64,000 nt of DNA. Origin: Octopus sinensis. Lineage: Eukaryota. This document shows, in pieces, positions 38,262 to 50,285 of this stretch; within the stretch, counting starts at the first letter, position 1; every line of letters starts with the position of its first letter. The notes under the pieces are model-generated. The model saw nothing but the letters and a program-made list of their open reading frames with translations. It ran no database searches and was not told the DNA's origin. The stretch spans positions 1-64,000 of the forward strand of contig NW_021833108.1 of the NCBI RefSeq assembly GCF_006345805.1, written 5' to 3'. The translations under genes and the position numbers were made by a program.

Positions 38262-38600
38262 TGAAGATATTATGCTCACGTCATATGAATTTGATATTCA
38301 ATTAATTAAGAGTATTAATTGAAACAGCTGTAAGTGATGATTGATTTGTTGTTAATAATAAACAGTTAACTTCCCAATCTTCATTTTCTTTTTCACATAT
38401 ATATATATATATATATATACACATACACACAGACACGACGGGCTTCTTTCAGTTTCCGTCTAGCAAATCCACTCGCTAGGCTTGATTCGGTTCAAAGCTA
38501 TGGTAGAAAACACTTGTCCAAGGTGCCACGCACTGGGACTGAATCCAGAACCATGTGGCTGGGAAGCAAGTTTCTTACCACACAGCCACGCCTGCGCCTA
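36800..38600 (-). mobile_element. SINE family A copy split by a Helitron insertion
   Basis: Tail at 36800-37010 and head at 38435-38600 in the same orientation, with microsatellite and Helitron 37184-38225 between them. Confidence 0.65.
37184..38225 (+). mobile_element. Non-autonomous Helitron, apparently full length
   Basis: A|TC at 37184, GC hairpin GACCCG-GCAACGA-CGGGTC at 38196-38214 and CTAG|T at 38222-38226; no TSD. Confidence 0.8.
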
Positions 38601-38846
38601 TTTCAACAACTTTCTTTTTTATACAATTACTAATAAACTTTAATTATCGCCGAGGCCGCCTTTGCCTTCCATCCTTTTGGTGACGATAAAATAAGTACCA
38701 GTTATGCACTGATACGATGTTATTGACTACCGCCTCCCTCAAAATTGCTGGCCTTGTGTCAGAATTTTAAACTAATAATATTTAATAAAAGAAGTATAAT
38801 AGGAATATTTTTAATCATCAAATGGCTATGAGGGCCCATACAGGAA

Positions 38847-38906
38847 TCAAAGTAGAGTCAAAGCAGAGTCAAAGTAGAGTCAAAGTAGAGTCAAAGTAGA
38901 GTCAAA
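38847..38906. repeat. 11-bp minisatellite (TCAAAGTAGAG)x5 plus a partial unit
   Basis: Counted directly; one unit has a T->C variant. Confidence 0.9.
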
Positions 38907-38929
38907 TAGGAATCAGAGGGGCTCGGGAC

Positions 38930-39173
38930 TTAACTTGTTTCGGTCATATAACTGCGGACTTATTGGGACACCGCCTTTAGTCGAACAAATCAACCAGAGG
39001 ACTTATTCTTTGTAAGCCTAGTACTTATTCTATCGGTCTCTTTTGCCGAACCGCTGTATAACTGGGACGTAAACACACCAACATCGGTTGTCAAGCAATG
39101 GTGGTCGGCCAAACACAAACACACGAACATATATAATGTGTGTGTGTATGTGTATGTGTGTGTGTGTGGTGTG

Positions 39174-39205
<32 letters not shown>

Positions 39206-39350
39206 TGTGTATGCGTGCCTGTGTGTTTGTGTGTGCGGCGCATAGCTCAGTGGTTAGAGCAGAAGACACTCGCCCAAGTTGCCACGCAGTGGAATTGAAC
39301 TCAGAACCATGTGGCTGAGAGACAAGATTCTTACCACACAGTCACTCCTG
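38930..39350 (-). mobile_element. SINE family A, rearranged copy
   Basis: Tail and head present; the centre is replaced by an inverted (GT)n tract and a tRNA-head fragment. Confidence 0.7.
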
Positions 39351-39529
39351 CATCTTATGCGTACTTCATTTTTTTAGGATGCGAGGATCTAATTTCAGAG
39401 TGTTTTCGTTATCATTTCTTGCATATAGAGCGACCACGTGGGGGTTTGACGTTAATGATGTGAGTCCAGTTTTGTGGAGGCGAGAGAAGGGAGTTGTTAA
39501 TGTCTTTTTCTCGATGGTGTCCAGGGCGG

Positions 39530-39695
39530 TGACGCTGGAAGTGTCGGTGCTGTTGTTGTTGTTGTTGTTGTTGTCGTCGTTGCTGCAGTTGTTGCTCTTG
39601 TGCTGCTGGTAATGTTAGTGCTGTTGCAGGCGGCGAGGACGGTTCTGGCCATTTTGTTATTGCTTGTTTTTCGTTGTTGTTGCTGCTGTTGATGA

Positions 39696-39737
<42 letters not shown>

Positions 39738-39803
39738 CGACGATGGTGATGATGATGAGGAGGAGGAGGATGAGGATGATGATGATGATGGCGATGATGG
39801 TGA

Positions 39804-39837
<34 letters not shown>

Positions 39838-41520
39838 GCTAGTAGTGCTGGTGTTTGTTTTCGACACATATATACAGACCAACACCACCATCACCATCAC
39901 CATCACCACCGCTACCACTGTACTCGCACCCTAACCAGACCACACCCACACCTCTTTTTCGACCTCTTCCCTCTGTTTACACCCCACGCGCATCACCCCA
40001 CCCACCAACTACACCGAATACACATCTCTCACACCACACCCTTAATGCGTACCGTCGCATATACCCACCATCCCGCTCCTTATTACCAAGTACCCTTGCC
40101 TTGCCTTGCCGCACCGTAACATCGACTTCCACCGCCCCTCCTGCCACCCCCTATATCTTATCACGTCCACCCCGCACCCTGCCCTTCCACCCACCACCAC
40201 CCCCACTCCCATTCACTCTCTCTACGCGCACACCACACTCGAGTACATTACCCCCTGCATCCACCCTGAACACCCCTACCAACACTACTCCCAGAGCGGC
40301 TACAACCCTCATCCCACCCGTATTTTTTCGCACTATACCAAACACCAGCACACGCTCACACACAAGCACATACTCAACTTCCCGCTCACCCCTCCTCATT
40401 CTCCTCTCTCTCTCTCTCTCTCTCTCTCTTGCCGCCGCCGTCGCGCCATCATCACCGCCAACTCCGCCACAAACACCTACATCATCACCACCACCAGCAA
40501 CAACACCAACACCGCCATCGTTATCACCACCTCCACCACCACCATCACCACCACCACCACCACACACCATCAGTCAGCTCGACTTGTTTTTTTGGGTCAT
40601 ATCTTCAGGATGTTAATATGATAGCAAGGATTATGGTATTGAAGGTGGTGGTGGTAGTGGTGGTGGTGGTAGTGAGGGTTGTGGCGGCAGCGGCGACGGT
40701 GGTGGTGGTAGTGCGGTGATGTCAGTGGCGGTGGTGATGATGGTGGCAAACGTAGTGGTGGTGGTGATGGTGGTGGTGGTGTTGATGATGGTGGCGAACG
40801 TAATGGCCGTGATGATGGTGGTGGTGATGGTGATGGTGGTGGTGGTGACGGTCGTCGTCGTAGTGGTTGTAGGGCCACGGCAAGGGTGGCAGTAGGGATT
40901 GTAGTAGTGGGTAAAATTGTAGTGGTAAGGTTGTAGTGGTTGTTGTATTGGTAGCGACAACTGGTAGAGATGACGGCAGTAATGGTATTGGTCATTGGTA
41001 GCTGTAAGGGTAGTGGCAGTAAATGGTGGTAGTGATGGTACTAATGGTAGTTGTAGTGGTGGTGGTGGTGGTGGTGCTGGTGCTGGTGCTGGTGCTGGTG
41101 GTGCTGGTGCTGGTGCTGGTGCTGGTGCTGGTGCTGGTTTTGTAGTCTGAAACATGGAAGAGGTGATAATGCTGAGGATGAGAGAAGAATATAGTGTCCA
41201 TGGTAATGCAGGTGGCGGAGCTGGTGGGGTTGGTAGTGGTAGAAGTGGTGATGGTGGTGATAGTGGTGGTAGTAGTAGTGGTGGTAGTGGTGATGGTGGT
41301 ACTTATTGTTGTTGTTGTTATTGGTGGTGGTGGTGTTGGTGGTGTTGGTGGTGTTGGTGGTGGTAGTGGTACTTGTTTTGTTGTTGTTGTTGGTGGTGGT
41401 GGTGGTGGTGATGGTGGTGGTGGTGGTGGTGGTGGTGGTGGTGGTGGCGGCGGCGGCGGTGGTGGTGGTGGTGGTGGTGGTGGTGGTAGACTGAGGATTA
41501 TGATGATTGTCGCAGTCGCA
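39530..41520. repeat. 2-kb trinucleotide mosaic low-complexity domain
   Basis: GTT/GAT/GGT runs, a C/A-rich middle and GGT/GCT runs. Confidence 0.9.
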
Positions 41521-42229
41521 ATGGCAAAGAATTGTCTATGCCCCTACCCTGACCTCTAATTTTTTTCCAATACAAAAAACAAACACACTAAAACACAAAT
41601 GGCAATTAAAAAGATAGCATTTCAAGCACAAACATTTAGAGTTAGACGGTGAAAAAACAAAAATAGCTCATTTGTAACAAAAACAATAAAAACAGCAGCG
41701 AGAACACCACCAACAATAACAACAAAAAGAGAGTTTTGCTAACGTTGCGGATTATAGAGGTAGAAGATGTGAACGCGATCTTGGAAAAGGGAAAAAATTA
41801 GGCCAGATGAGTTGCATAAGAGAGTACCTCCTTGCCCAAGGAAATATGTCCGTGAAAGTACAAAGAAAGTACCATTCTTTAACAAATAATGGACAAGGTT
41901 TTTATACGAAATGAAAGGTTGTGTTTGTGGGAGTCTTGCGAAAGAATGCCTGCCTCTTCTCTCGGACAGAGCCCATAGAAGCGTGTACTCGTTTTTATAT
42001 AACCTAGAATAATGAGCTGCGCTATACGCCTCTCTTCTAACGATAGATTCACCATGCGAAATACAAGGGATATTCAATGTTATTGGAGTCGCTGTGAACC
42101 CTTGTTTCATTATCAACATTGTGGCACAGGCGGATTCTGAGTAATAAAGGGACTCGCAACATCATGTGCTCATTTTGAATCTGCTTGGACCTTTAGTGTC
42201 TTCCGAATATCGCAAAGCTATCCAGAAAT

Positions 42230-43240
42230 TATATTCTAAAGTGGGCGCAGAAAAGAGGGCACACGGCTGAAGTGTAAAACAGAACGACTGCTCCAGGTAT
42301 GGGAATGAAAACCTTTTGGCCAGAATAGGAAAGTGGGGAAAATGAAGTGAAGAGCAGGGAAAGAAGAGAATAACAGTAAGAATAGCAAGTATATAAAGTA
42401 CAAATAGAAGATAGGAAAACAATCTATGCAGCTCCACAGACTGTCAGAGCAGAAGTGTCGACTCTTTCAGAACATCATCAGTATTTGGGGTCGGTAACCA
42501 TCTTGATACAAGACGACCTCCAACACAGGCCAACCAGGGATCCACGCGGATCTATGATCACCCTGATCACCAAAAGCAAGTTTTCTCTTCAACAGGTCAC
42601 GATCTATAGGTACATGCTTAAAACAGTTCCATCTAGTCTGACCATTGTCTCCACAATGACCTTTCCGAAAATTTGGCTGGAGGAGAGCACTAACCTCTCT
42701 ACCTTCACTTTTCTTTCTCCATTGAAATTCAAAAAGTCGACCGGAGATGAAGTTGACTGCCCTCAATCCGTTTAGCCTTGTCCGCCATACAGCCTCCTTC
42801 ACGATAGCTACCAGACAGAGGAAAACTGCCCGATTAAAGGAGGACGTTGGAGCGAGTTTCAAAAGGACTCGGCCGATAGTCGGATCCTTTCTGTAAGTGT
42901 TGAGAGCTTCTCGACATAACTCCACAATCAGAAACGCCGGCACATTGCACAGGTGCATCTGGAACAGTTTCGCTCCTTTGCAAGCCTGACAACCAGACTT
43001 GTCTCTATAGGTGTCAGCGCACGCTATAGGGATGATGGAGCAAATCAACCGTCCGATTTGTGGAACGCGCCCCCTAAACAGGTGGCTGAAAAACAGTTTC
43101 TCCAAACTGGTCAAACGGGAGCTGAGATAAGGCACAGCGGTCAGACAGCAAATTATGACGGAGATGTTATAGGAACTCCCCACCACATGACATCTTACAG
43201 GGGTAACGTTCTCTCAGTGTATTCGTGGGAATTGTCACTC
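42230..43240 (-). mobile_element. Tx1/L1-clade LINE 3' fragment with internal deletion
   Basis: SRLTSLEKLFFSHLFRG...LIC joined directly to the finger region, then RIRLSAES and AVFLCLVAIVKEAVWRTRLNG; homologous to 28557-29575. Confidence 0.8.
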
Positions 43241-43825
43241 TTCTAACTTTTATCCAGTTACAGTCCATTTAGAGGTCCGGACCCAGACAAACTTCAAGCA
43301 GTTTAAGTTGTCAGTCCACCCAGCGCTTCAAAGTACTGTCCAATAACATAAATTTAGCTCTTCAGGTACCGAGCAGCAAGCCAACCAACTAGTCTGAATT
43401 TTTCTTTACCCCCGGCATCGCTTCGTACACTTTTAGAATATTGTCGACCAGCTCTATTTCCGCAGTGTCCCAGACCATATATATAAGTATGTATGTATGT
43501 CTGTATATATGCAAGTATGTCTGTATATGTATACCTGTGTGTTTGGCCCCCACCACTGCTCGACAACCGGTCTTGGTGTGTTTACGTCCCCGAAACTTAG
43601 TGATTCGGCAAAAGAGGTGACGATAGAAGTAGTACAGCTTTAAAAAAAATATTAGAATTGATTCATTTGACAAAATATTCTTCAAGGCGGTGCCCCAGCA
43701 AGGCCACAGTCCAATGGCGGAAACAAGTAAAATATAAAGGTAAACATGTATGTGTATATACACACACACACAAACATACACGCAAACACATACACACAAA
43801 CACACACACACACATACATATTTAT

Positions 43826-44150
43826 ATGAAGGCGCATGGCTTTGTGATTAGGGCATTCGGCTCACGAGCGTAAGGTCGTGAGTTCAATTCCCAGCGACGC
43901 GTTGCGTCCTTGAGCAAGACACTTTATTTCACGTTACTCCAGTCCTCTCACCTGGCAAAAATGAGTTGTACTTGTATTTCAAAGGGCCAGCCTTGTCACA
44001 CTCTGTGTCACACTGAATCTCACTGAAAACTACGGTAAGGGCACACGTGTCTGTGGAGTACTCAGCCACTTGCACGTTAATTTTACAAGCAAGCTGTTCC
44101 GTTGATCATATCAGCTGGAACCCTCATCGTTGTAACCGACGGAGCGCTCC
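43826..44150 (+). mobile_element. tRNA-derived SINE sharing its 3' part with family B
   Basis: Head GGCGCATGGCTTTGTG...GAGTTCAATTCC, TCCTTGAGCAAGACACTTT, and tail TCAAAGGGCCAGCCTTGTCAC...GTAACCGACGGAG. Confidence 0.75.
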
Positions 44151-44289
44151 TCCTATATATATCTATATATATGTATATTTATATATAACTGAAAGAAGCA
44201 CGTCGTATATATATATATATATATATACTTAGAAAAGGATGTGTGGCGTTCGATTATATAATTAAATAAATAATATATAAATATATGCA

Positions 44290-44603
44290 TATATACATAC
44301 ATATATGTACATACCTACATATATATGTATATATACATGCATATGTGGGTACAGGACATAAAAAAAACGAAGTTGCGTCTTGTCCTTACCGTCGGAACGC
44401 GGAGTAGATGAAACATGGACAACTGAAGAAGGGGAATATTTCTTGTGTTGTATGTCTCGTTTATCTGCTTTTTTTTCGTTGTTTCTATGTTTTTATTTTT
44501 ATGTTTTCGTTCCTCATTGTGATCAACGTTTTTTGATGTCCTGTACCCATATATGCATGTATATATACATATATATGTAGGTATGTACATATATGTATAT
44601 ATA
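44290..44603. mobile_element. MITE-like element with ~80-bp terminal inverted repeats
   Basis: 44290-44369 is the reverse complement of 44527-44603 with few differences. Confidence 0.75.
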
Positions 44604-44629
44604 TGTGTGTGCGTGTGTGTGTGGTTGTT

Positions 44630-44913
44630 CCTTCTCGAGCCACGCCTGGCTCAAAAGGGCCGGTTTCCCGTTTTCCTTGACGTATATGTTCCACACCTGG
44701 TCGGGACGCCGGTCCGTCGCAGGTGAGCTCAAGATGCAGGAGTGAGAGAAAGGTGTGGCGAAAGAGTCAGCAGAAGTTCGCCATCACCTTCTGCCGGAAC
44801 CGCGTGGAGTTTAGGTGTTTCGCTCATAGACACACACATCGCCCGGTCTGAGATTCGAACCCGCGATCCCTCGACCTCGAGTCCGCTGCTTTAAATACTA
44901 GGCCATATACCTC

Positions 44914-44915
<2 letters not shown>
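44630..44915 (-). mobile_element. SINE family D copy
   Basis: Homologous to 24485-24744. Confidence 0.8.
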
Positions 44916-44981
<66 letters not shown>

Positions 44982-44990
44982 AATATATAT

Positions 44991-45042
<52 letters not shown>

Positions 45043-45108
45043 GTATATATATATATACATACACACACATATGTGTGTGTGTGTGTATGTGGTATATATA
45101 CATATACA

Positions 45109-45167
<59 letters not shown>

Positions 45168-45175
45168 AAAAAAAA

Positions 45176-45238
45176 AACAGTATAAGACATCTTTCGTAGT
45201 AGAGGTTCTACTCACTACGAAAGATGTCTTATACTGTT
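45176..45238. repeat. Perfect 25-bp inverted repeat
   Basis: AACAGTATAAGACATCTTTCGTAGT (45176-45200) and its exact reverse complement (45214-45238). Confidence 0.95.
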
Positions 45239-45904
45239 CTTTGATGATTTTTTGGAGTATACGTTATCTGAGCTGTTATATATTATTAGCAGATTGGTGT
45301 ATAGATCTGTTGTGGTTGTGTTATTTTAATACCTGGTACGTGCAAGAACCTGTGTATTCTGTAGTTTGCTCCGTAGACGTTGCGCTATTAAACAGAGATT
45401 CTCTTTCGTAGAAATGTGTGGTGTGTTAAACCGAGCCTATTTTTTGAACCGTATAGAGTTGAGAGCTCTGTGCGTTTTATATATTTTGGTTCCAGTTATT
45501 TTTTATTTTTACTTTCACATCCCACATCCTGCTTGTTTCAATATCAACGTCATTGTACTGTGATAGTTTTTGTACCCCCTTCTGCGCCATGTTTTACAGA
45601 AAAATTGAAATATTTTTCCATCTTGTTCTCGATAATTCTATCGGGAATGTTCCCTTCGGCCCGTTTGTCAGATTGCACTAGGATTCTCAACCGGCGTCCA
45701 TTTGACTCTTGATGGTGCGTATAAGATTTTGTTATTAAAATTTATGTAGAATAATTTGGTTAAATTTATTCTACATAAATAAATTTATGTTGAATAAATT
45801 TTATTTATATTTCATTTTATCTAGTTTCAGCTCATGAGCTGTGGCCATGCTGGGTCACCGCCATTTGGTGTTGCTACATAATTTTACTTCACGAATGCTT
45901 TTTA

Positions 45905-46135
45905 GCAATTGACATTTGGTGCATGAGAGAGTTTGATGCAGCTGCCCTCATCTGCACCCCCTGCCGCGAAGTTGGTTCATCTGGGATACTTGATAGGAAG
46001 AGGTCTAGCTTTATTTTGAAGACACCTACATCCACCCCATGCAGATCTCTCAGGACCTTCGGCAGGATACTGAAGAGCTGTGGACCTCTGATGCCCAGTA
46101 TTGCAGTATCTTGTCCTACATCTTGATGGCAAAAT
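45905..46135 (-). pseudogene. CR1/L2-like LINE ORF2 C-terminal fragment
   Basis: Minus strand GIRGPQLFSILPKVLRDLHGVDVGVFKIKLDLFLSSIPDEP. Confidence 0.75.
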
Positions 46136-46359
46136 ATTTTGACAATTTTTATACAATTCCTAATATTTAATCATAAAAATATAAAATTTTTTAACACGGA
46201 GTACTAGTGGTGCAAAACAGGTCTCAAATGGGATCATGACCAAAAACTGGTTGGGAACCACTGCAACAAACAATTATATCCCAGAGTTTTAACGGTTAGG
46301 TTTTGGCGTCATTTTGGGTACATATATATGTACATTTCTTCCCCAATTTTACTCTCAGG

Positions 46360-46922
46360 TTGTCAGGTCATATTCCTCGGAGCACATTGCTCTATGTCAC
46401 GCTGGTGAGACCCATATTGGAGTACGGGATTCAAGCCTCTTCTCCTTATCTCCTCAAAGACATACAGCATCTCGAAAGAGTCCAGAAGCTGGCTACCCGC
46501 ATGGTTCTTGGTCTCAAGCATTTGTCTTATGAAGAAAGGCTGAAGACGCTCGACCTTTATTCTCTAGAAAAACGACGACGCCGTGGTGATCTCATTCTCG
46601 CTCACAACATCATAAGCGGAAAGTGTAAACTCTCGAAAGAGCTGTTCTTCACTCCTGCTCCTGAGCGTGGGCTACGGGGTCACTCCGAAAAGCTTTATCT
46701 ACGACAATTTCATCTGAATCGAAGGAGAGGGGCTTTCTCCGTCCGGGTTGCGGATCCGTGGAATAAGCTGCCGGACGAGATAGTGAAGATGCCGACGACC
46801 GCTCGGTTCAAAGTCACTCTTGACCAGTTATGTACCCTTCCTGTGCATAACTCCATGTCCCCCTACATGGCCTTGCTTTTGCTTTTTGAGCCCAAAAATT
46901 AAATTAAATTAAATTAAATTAA
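46360..46922 (+). mobile_element. CR1-clade LINE 3' fragment with (AAATT)n tail
   Basis: LYVTLVRPILEYG...DIQHLERVQKLATRMV...SYEERLKTLDLYSLEKRRRRGDLI...LRGHSEKL...FSVRVADPWNKLP; pentamer tail at about 46897-46922. Confidence 0.92.
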
Positions 46923-47257
46923 ACAGCGCATGACCGTGCAGGTGGGGCCAAGTTAGAATTTTTTTCTAGGTTGAGTAGTCCATCCCGCCCAAAAGGTCCC
47001 TGAATAAGGAATGTTTAAGGATGTTGAACGAAACACTTATGTTTCCAGAGGTGAATTATCCAAACCCTAAATAATTCCTCTCAACACACGGCTATGATGC
47101 TCACCCATTACTTCCACTCGTTATCAGAGATGCACATATCGTTAGCCACTAAAGGACATGCTCAGCTGGTTAAGATCAAACAACTGACAAGAAAATTTGT
47201 GGTATTAAGTAGAATATTTGCTGTAGACCATCTTTTATACCAAGATAAAACAATGTA

Positions 47258-47328
<71 letters not shown>

Positions 47329-47330
47329 TT

Positions 47331-47741
47331 GTCTTTGCGCAGCTTCTAACGCTGGAGATGTACTACGGTGTCAGCTGTTCACTACTTGAGATCTAAGGTA
47401 ACACCCCTTATTTTTCTAGCACCTTCCGGAGTATTCGAATGGTTCCAAGCAGTGCTGTTTTCTGCAAATGCTTCACGTCTATTGCAGCCCCTATTTGTTC
47501 CATGTACTTCTCAAGATTTTTACTCACTGTTCCCAGGGCCCCGACAATTATTGGTACTACTACCACCTTTTTCATCGACCACAACTGCTTAACATCCTAA
47601 GCTAACCTGTTATATCTACCAACCTTTCTTTCTTCCTTATCGCATACCTCGTTGTCAGCTGGGCATGCTATATCTATGATCAAGCATCGCTTGCTTTTTT
47701 CCTCAATTAACACTCTGTCTGGTTTCCTATTCTCTATCTCG
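47331..47741 (-). mobile_element. Dong/R4-clade RLE LINE 3' fragment (family 2)
   Basis: Minus strand EIENRKPDRVLIEEKSKRCLIIDIACPAD...VVPIIVGALGTV...LQKTALLGTIRILRKVL; (TAA)n on both sides. Confidence 0.85.
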
Positions 47742-47750
47742 TTATTATTA

Positions 47751-47807
47751 TTCAATAGTTATATTTCTATAGCGTGCTTTCACTTCACTATCGAGCGCAG
47801 CTCTGTG
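47751..47807 (-). mobile_element. Extremely truncated Dong/R4 family 1 3' end
   Basis: Reverse complement CACAGAGCTGCGCTCGATAGTGAAGTGAAAGCACGCTAT... matches about 12370-12428; embedded in (TAA)n. Confidence 0.8.
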
Positions 47808-47846
47808 TTATTATTATTACTATTATTATTATTATTATTATTATTA

Positions 47847-47889
<43 letters not shown>

Positions 47890-47909
47890 GATTATTATTA
47901 TTATTATTA

Positions 47910-48039
47910 GGATGAAAGGTCGACTTTGCCTTTCACCTTTTCAGGGTTGATAGATTAAATACCAGTTGCATATTGAAATCGATCTAATTAACTGGCCCCC
48001 AACCCCAAAATTTCAGGCCTTGTGCCTTTAGTAGAAAGG

Positions 48040-48101
<62 letters not shown>

Positions 48102-48300
48102 CGTCATCATCATCAAGGCAGTCAGCTGGCAGAATGCTTATCTGCATTTCGTCCGTCCATACATTCCGAGTTCAAATTCCGCCGAGGTCAATTTTGCCTT
48201 TCACCCTTTCGAGGTCGATATATTAAGTACCAGTGAAACTCTGGAGTCGATGTAATTGACTAGTCCCCTCTTCCAAACTCCAGGCATTGTGTCTATAGTA
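47910..48300 (+). mobile_element. Two partial SINE family C copies separated by (TTA)n
   Basis: GGTCGACTTTGCCTTTCACCTTTTCAGGG... and GAGTTCAAATTCCGCCGAGGTC... Confidence 0.7.
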
Positions 48301-48329
48301 CACTTGGCGAGACATTTTTTAGGATTAAC

Positions 48330-48545
48330 AGGATGAGGATGGGGTGATTTCGCCCTTCATGGCACTTGGTGTGGTTGATGTAGTTCATATCTGACTTGAA
48401 CTTTGGTAGACTTATGTCTATACGGAAGGCATTGATTGACACGGGCTTTCAGCTGACTGAATTCTGGGAGGGATGGAATGGGATAGGTTTTTAATAGGAG
48501 AGATGATGGTGGAACTCTGAGGAATTTCGTCATACGACAATATTT
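48330..48545 (-). mobile_element. Possible CR1/L2-like LINE 3' remnant
   Basis: Minus strand SLPKFKSDMNYINHT resembles LINE C-termini; short and decayed. Confidence 0.35.
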
Positions 48546-49016
48546 ACATATGTGTGTGGGCATATGTATGAACACGTGTGTGGCTTTTGCATGTTTGTGT
48601 GTGTGAGTGTATATATTTATTTATTTATTTATTTACATATTTATATATATACACATACATATATACATATAAATATAAATATATATATATATGAGTATGT
48701 ATGTATGTATATATGTATGTATATATATATGTACATATATACATACACCACACACACCACACACACACACATATATATTATATAATACTATATATATATA
48801 TCTATATAATATATTATACACGCACACATATATATGCACATACGTATTTATAAATAAATAAATTCATGTGTAATAAATAATTAAATACATAGATGTTGAT
48901 GTAGATATAGGTATATATGCACAGACATATATACGGATGTGTGTACATACATACATATATATGTGTGTGAGAGAGAGAGAGACTGGATATATGTGTGCAT
49001 ATGGACTTGATATATG

Positions 49017-49055
<39 letters not shown>

Positions 49056-49240
49056 ACATTATACATCACACACACATATATATATATATACAACACTATC
49101 ATATACATATACATATAATACATACATACATACATACACTACTACATACATACATACATACATTATATATACAGACGTACATATTTGTAAATAAACAAGT
49201 AATAATATTTACGGATGTGTATATGTGCTGTGAGTGAGTG

Positions 49241-49288
<48 letters not shown>

Positions 49289-49661
49289 ATATTATATATA
49301 TATATAAAATATATATATTATGTTTATATGCATGTTTGTAAAGAGATAGAGAGAAAGAAAGAAGATAGAAGGAGAGCGAGAGAGAGAGAGGAAGAAGTTA
49401 CGGTCGTTTGGTAGCATCTTTAGAGCATCCAACAAATGCTTTTCCGTCACTGTCCCAGAATTGCATGTTATAGGGTGGATCGGGGCGAGGGTCAACTTTG
49501 CGTGTCCTCCTTCTGCCGTCCAAGTCTTTAAGCGCTACTGTTCGTACCACCTAAAGGCATGTATTGTGTCCTGTAAATAGTTAATATTTATCTCTTCACT
49601 AGAAGGAGTACATTTTTGTTGAATTGTTTATCACTCAATCCATCCATCCACCCAACCATCC

Positions 49662-49740
<79 letters not shown>

Positions 49741-49824
49741 GATCTATCTCTCTGTCTCTCTTTCTCTCTCTATTATATATATATATATATGTATGTATGT
49801 TTGTTATGTATATGTATATATATA

Positions 49825-49862
<38 letters not shown>

Positions 49863-49868
<6 letters not shown>

Positions 49869-50052
49869 CGCAGGAGTGGCTGTGTGGTAAGTAGCTTGCA
49901 AAACCAACCACATGGTTCCGGGTTCAGTCCCACTGCGTGGCATCTTGGGCAAGTGTCTTCTGCTATAGCCGCCGGCTTGACCAATGCCTTGTGAGTGGAT
50001 TTGGTAGACGGAGACTGAAAGAAGCCTGTCTGTATATATGTGTGTGGTGTGT

Positions 50053-50115
<63 letters not shown>

Positions 50116-50285
50116 AGTGTTTGTCTGTGTTTGTCCCCCTAGCATTGCTTGAAAACCGGATGCTGGTGTTTACGTCCCCGTCACTTAGCGGTTCGGCAAA
50201 AGAGACCGATAGAATAAGTACTATGGGCTTACAAAGAATAAAGGCGGTGCTCCAGCATGTCCGCAGTCAAATGACTGAAACATGT
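49863..50285 (+). mobile_element. SINE family A, full copy
   Basis: Head, (TG)n centre and tail as in 6535-7065. Confidence 0.88.

Noticed and set aside
39412-41559. Poly-His/Gly/Thr/Pro/Asp ORFs resembling mucins or transcription-factor low-complexity regions (also 19289-20147 and 52108-53083)
   Set aside because: These are trinucleotide mosaics with no globular domain and no convincing splice sites; overlapping ORFs occur in most frames.
41740-42220. 126-aa minus-strand ORF and coding-like composition
   Set aside because: I recognised no motif in the frames I translated; possibly an old TE remnant, but unsupported.
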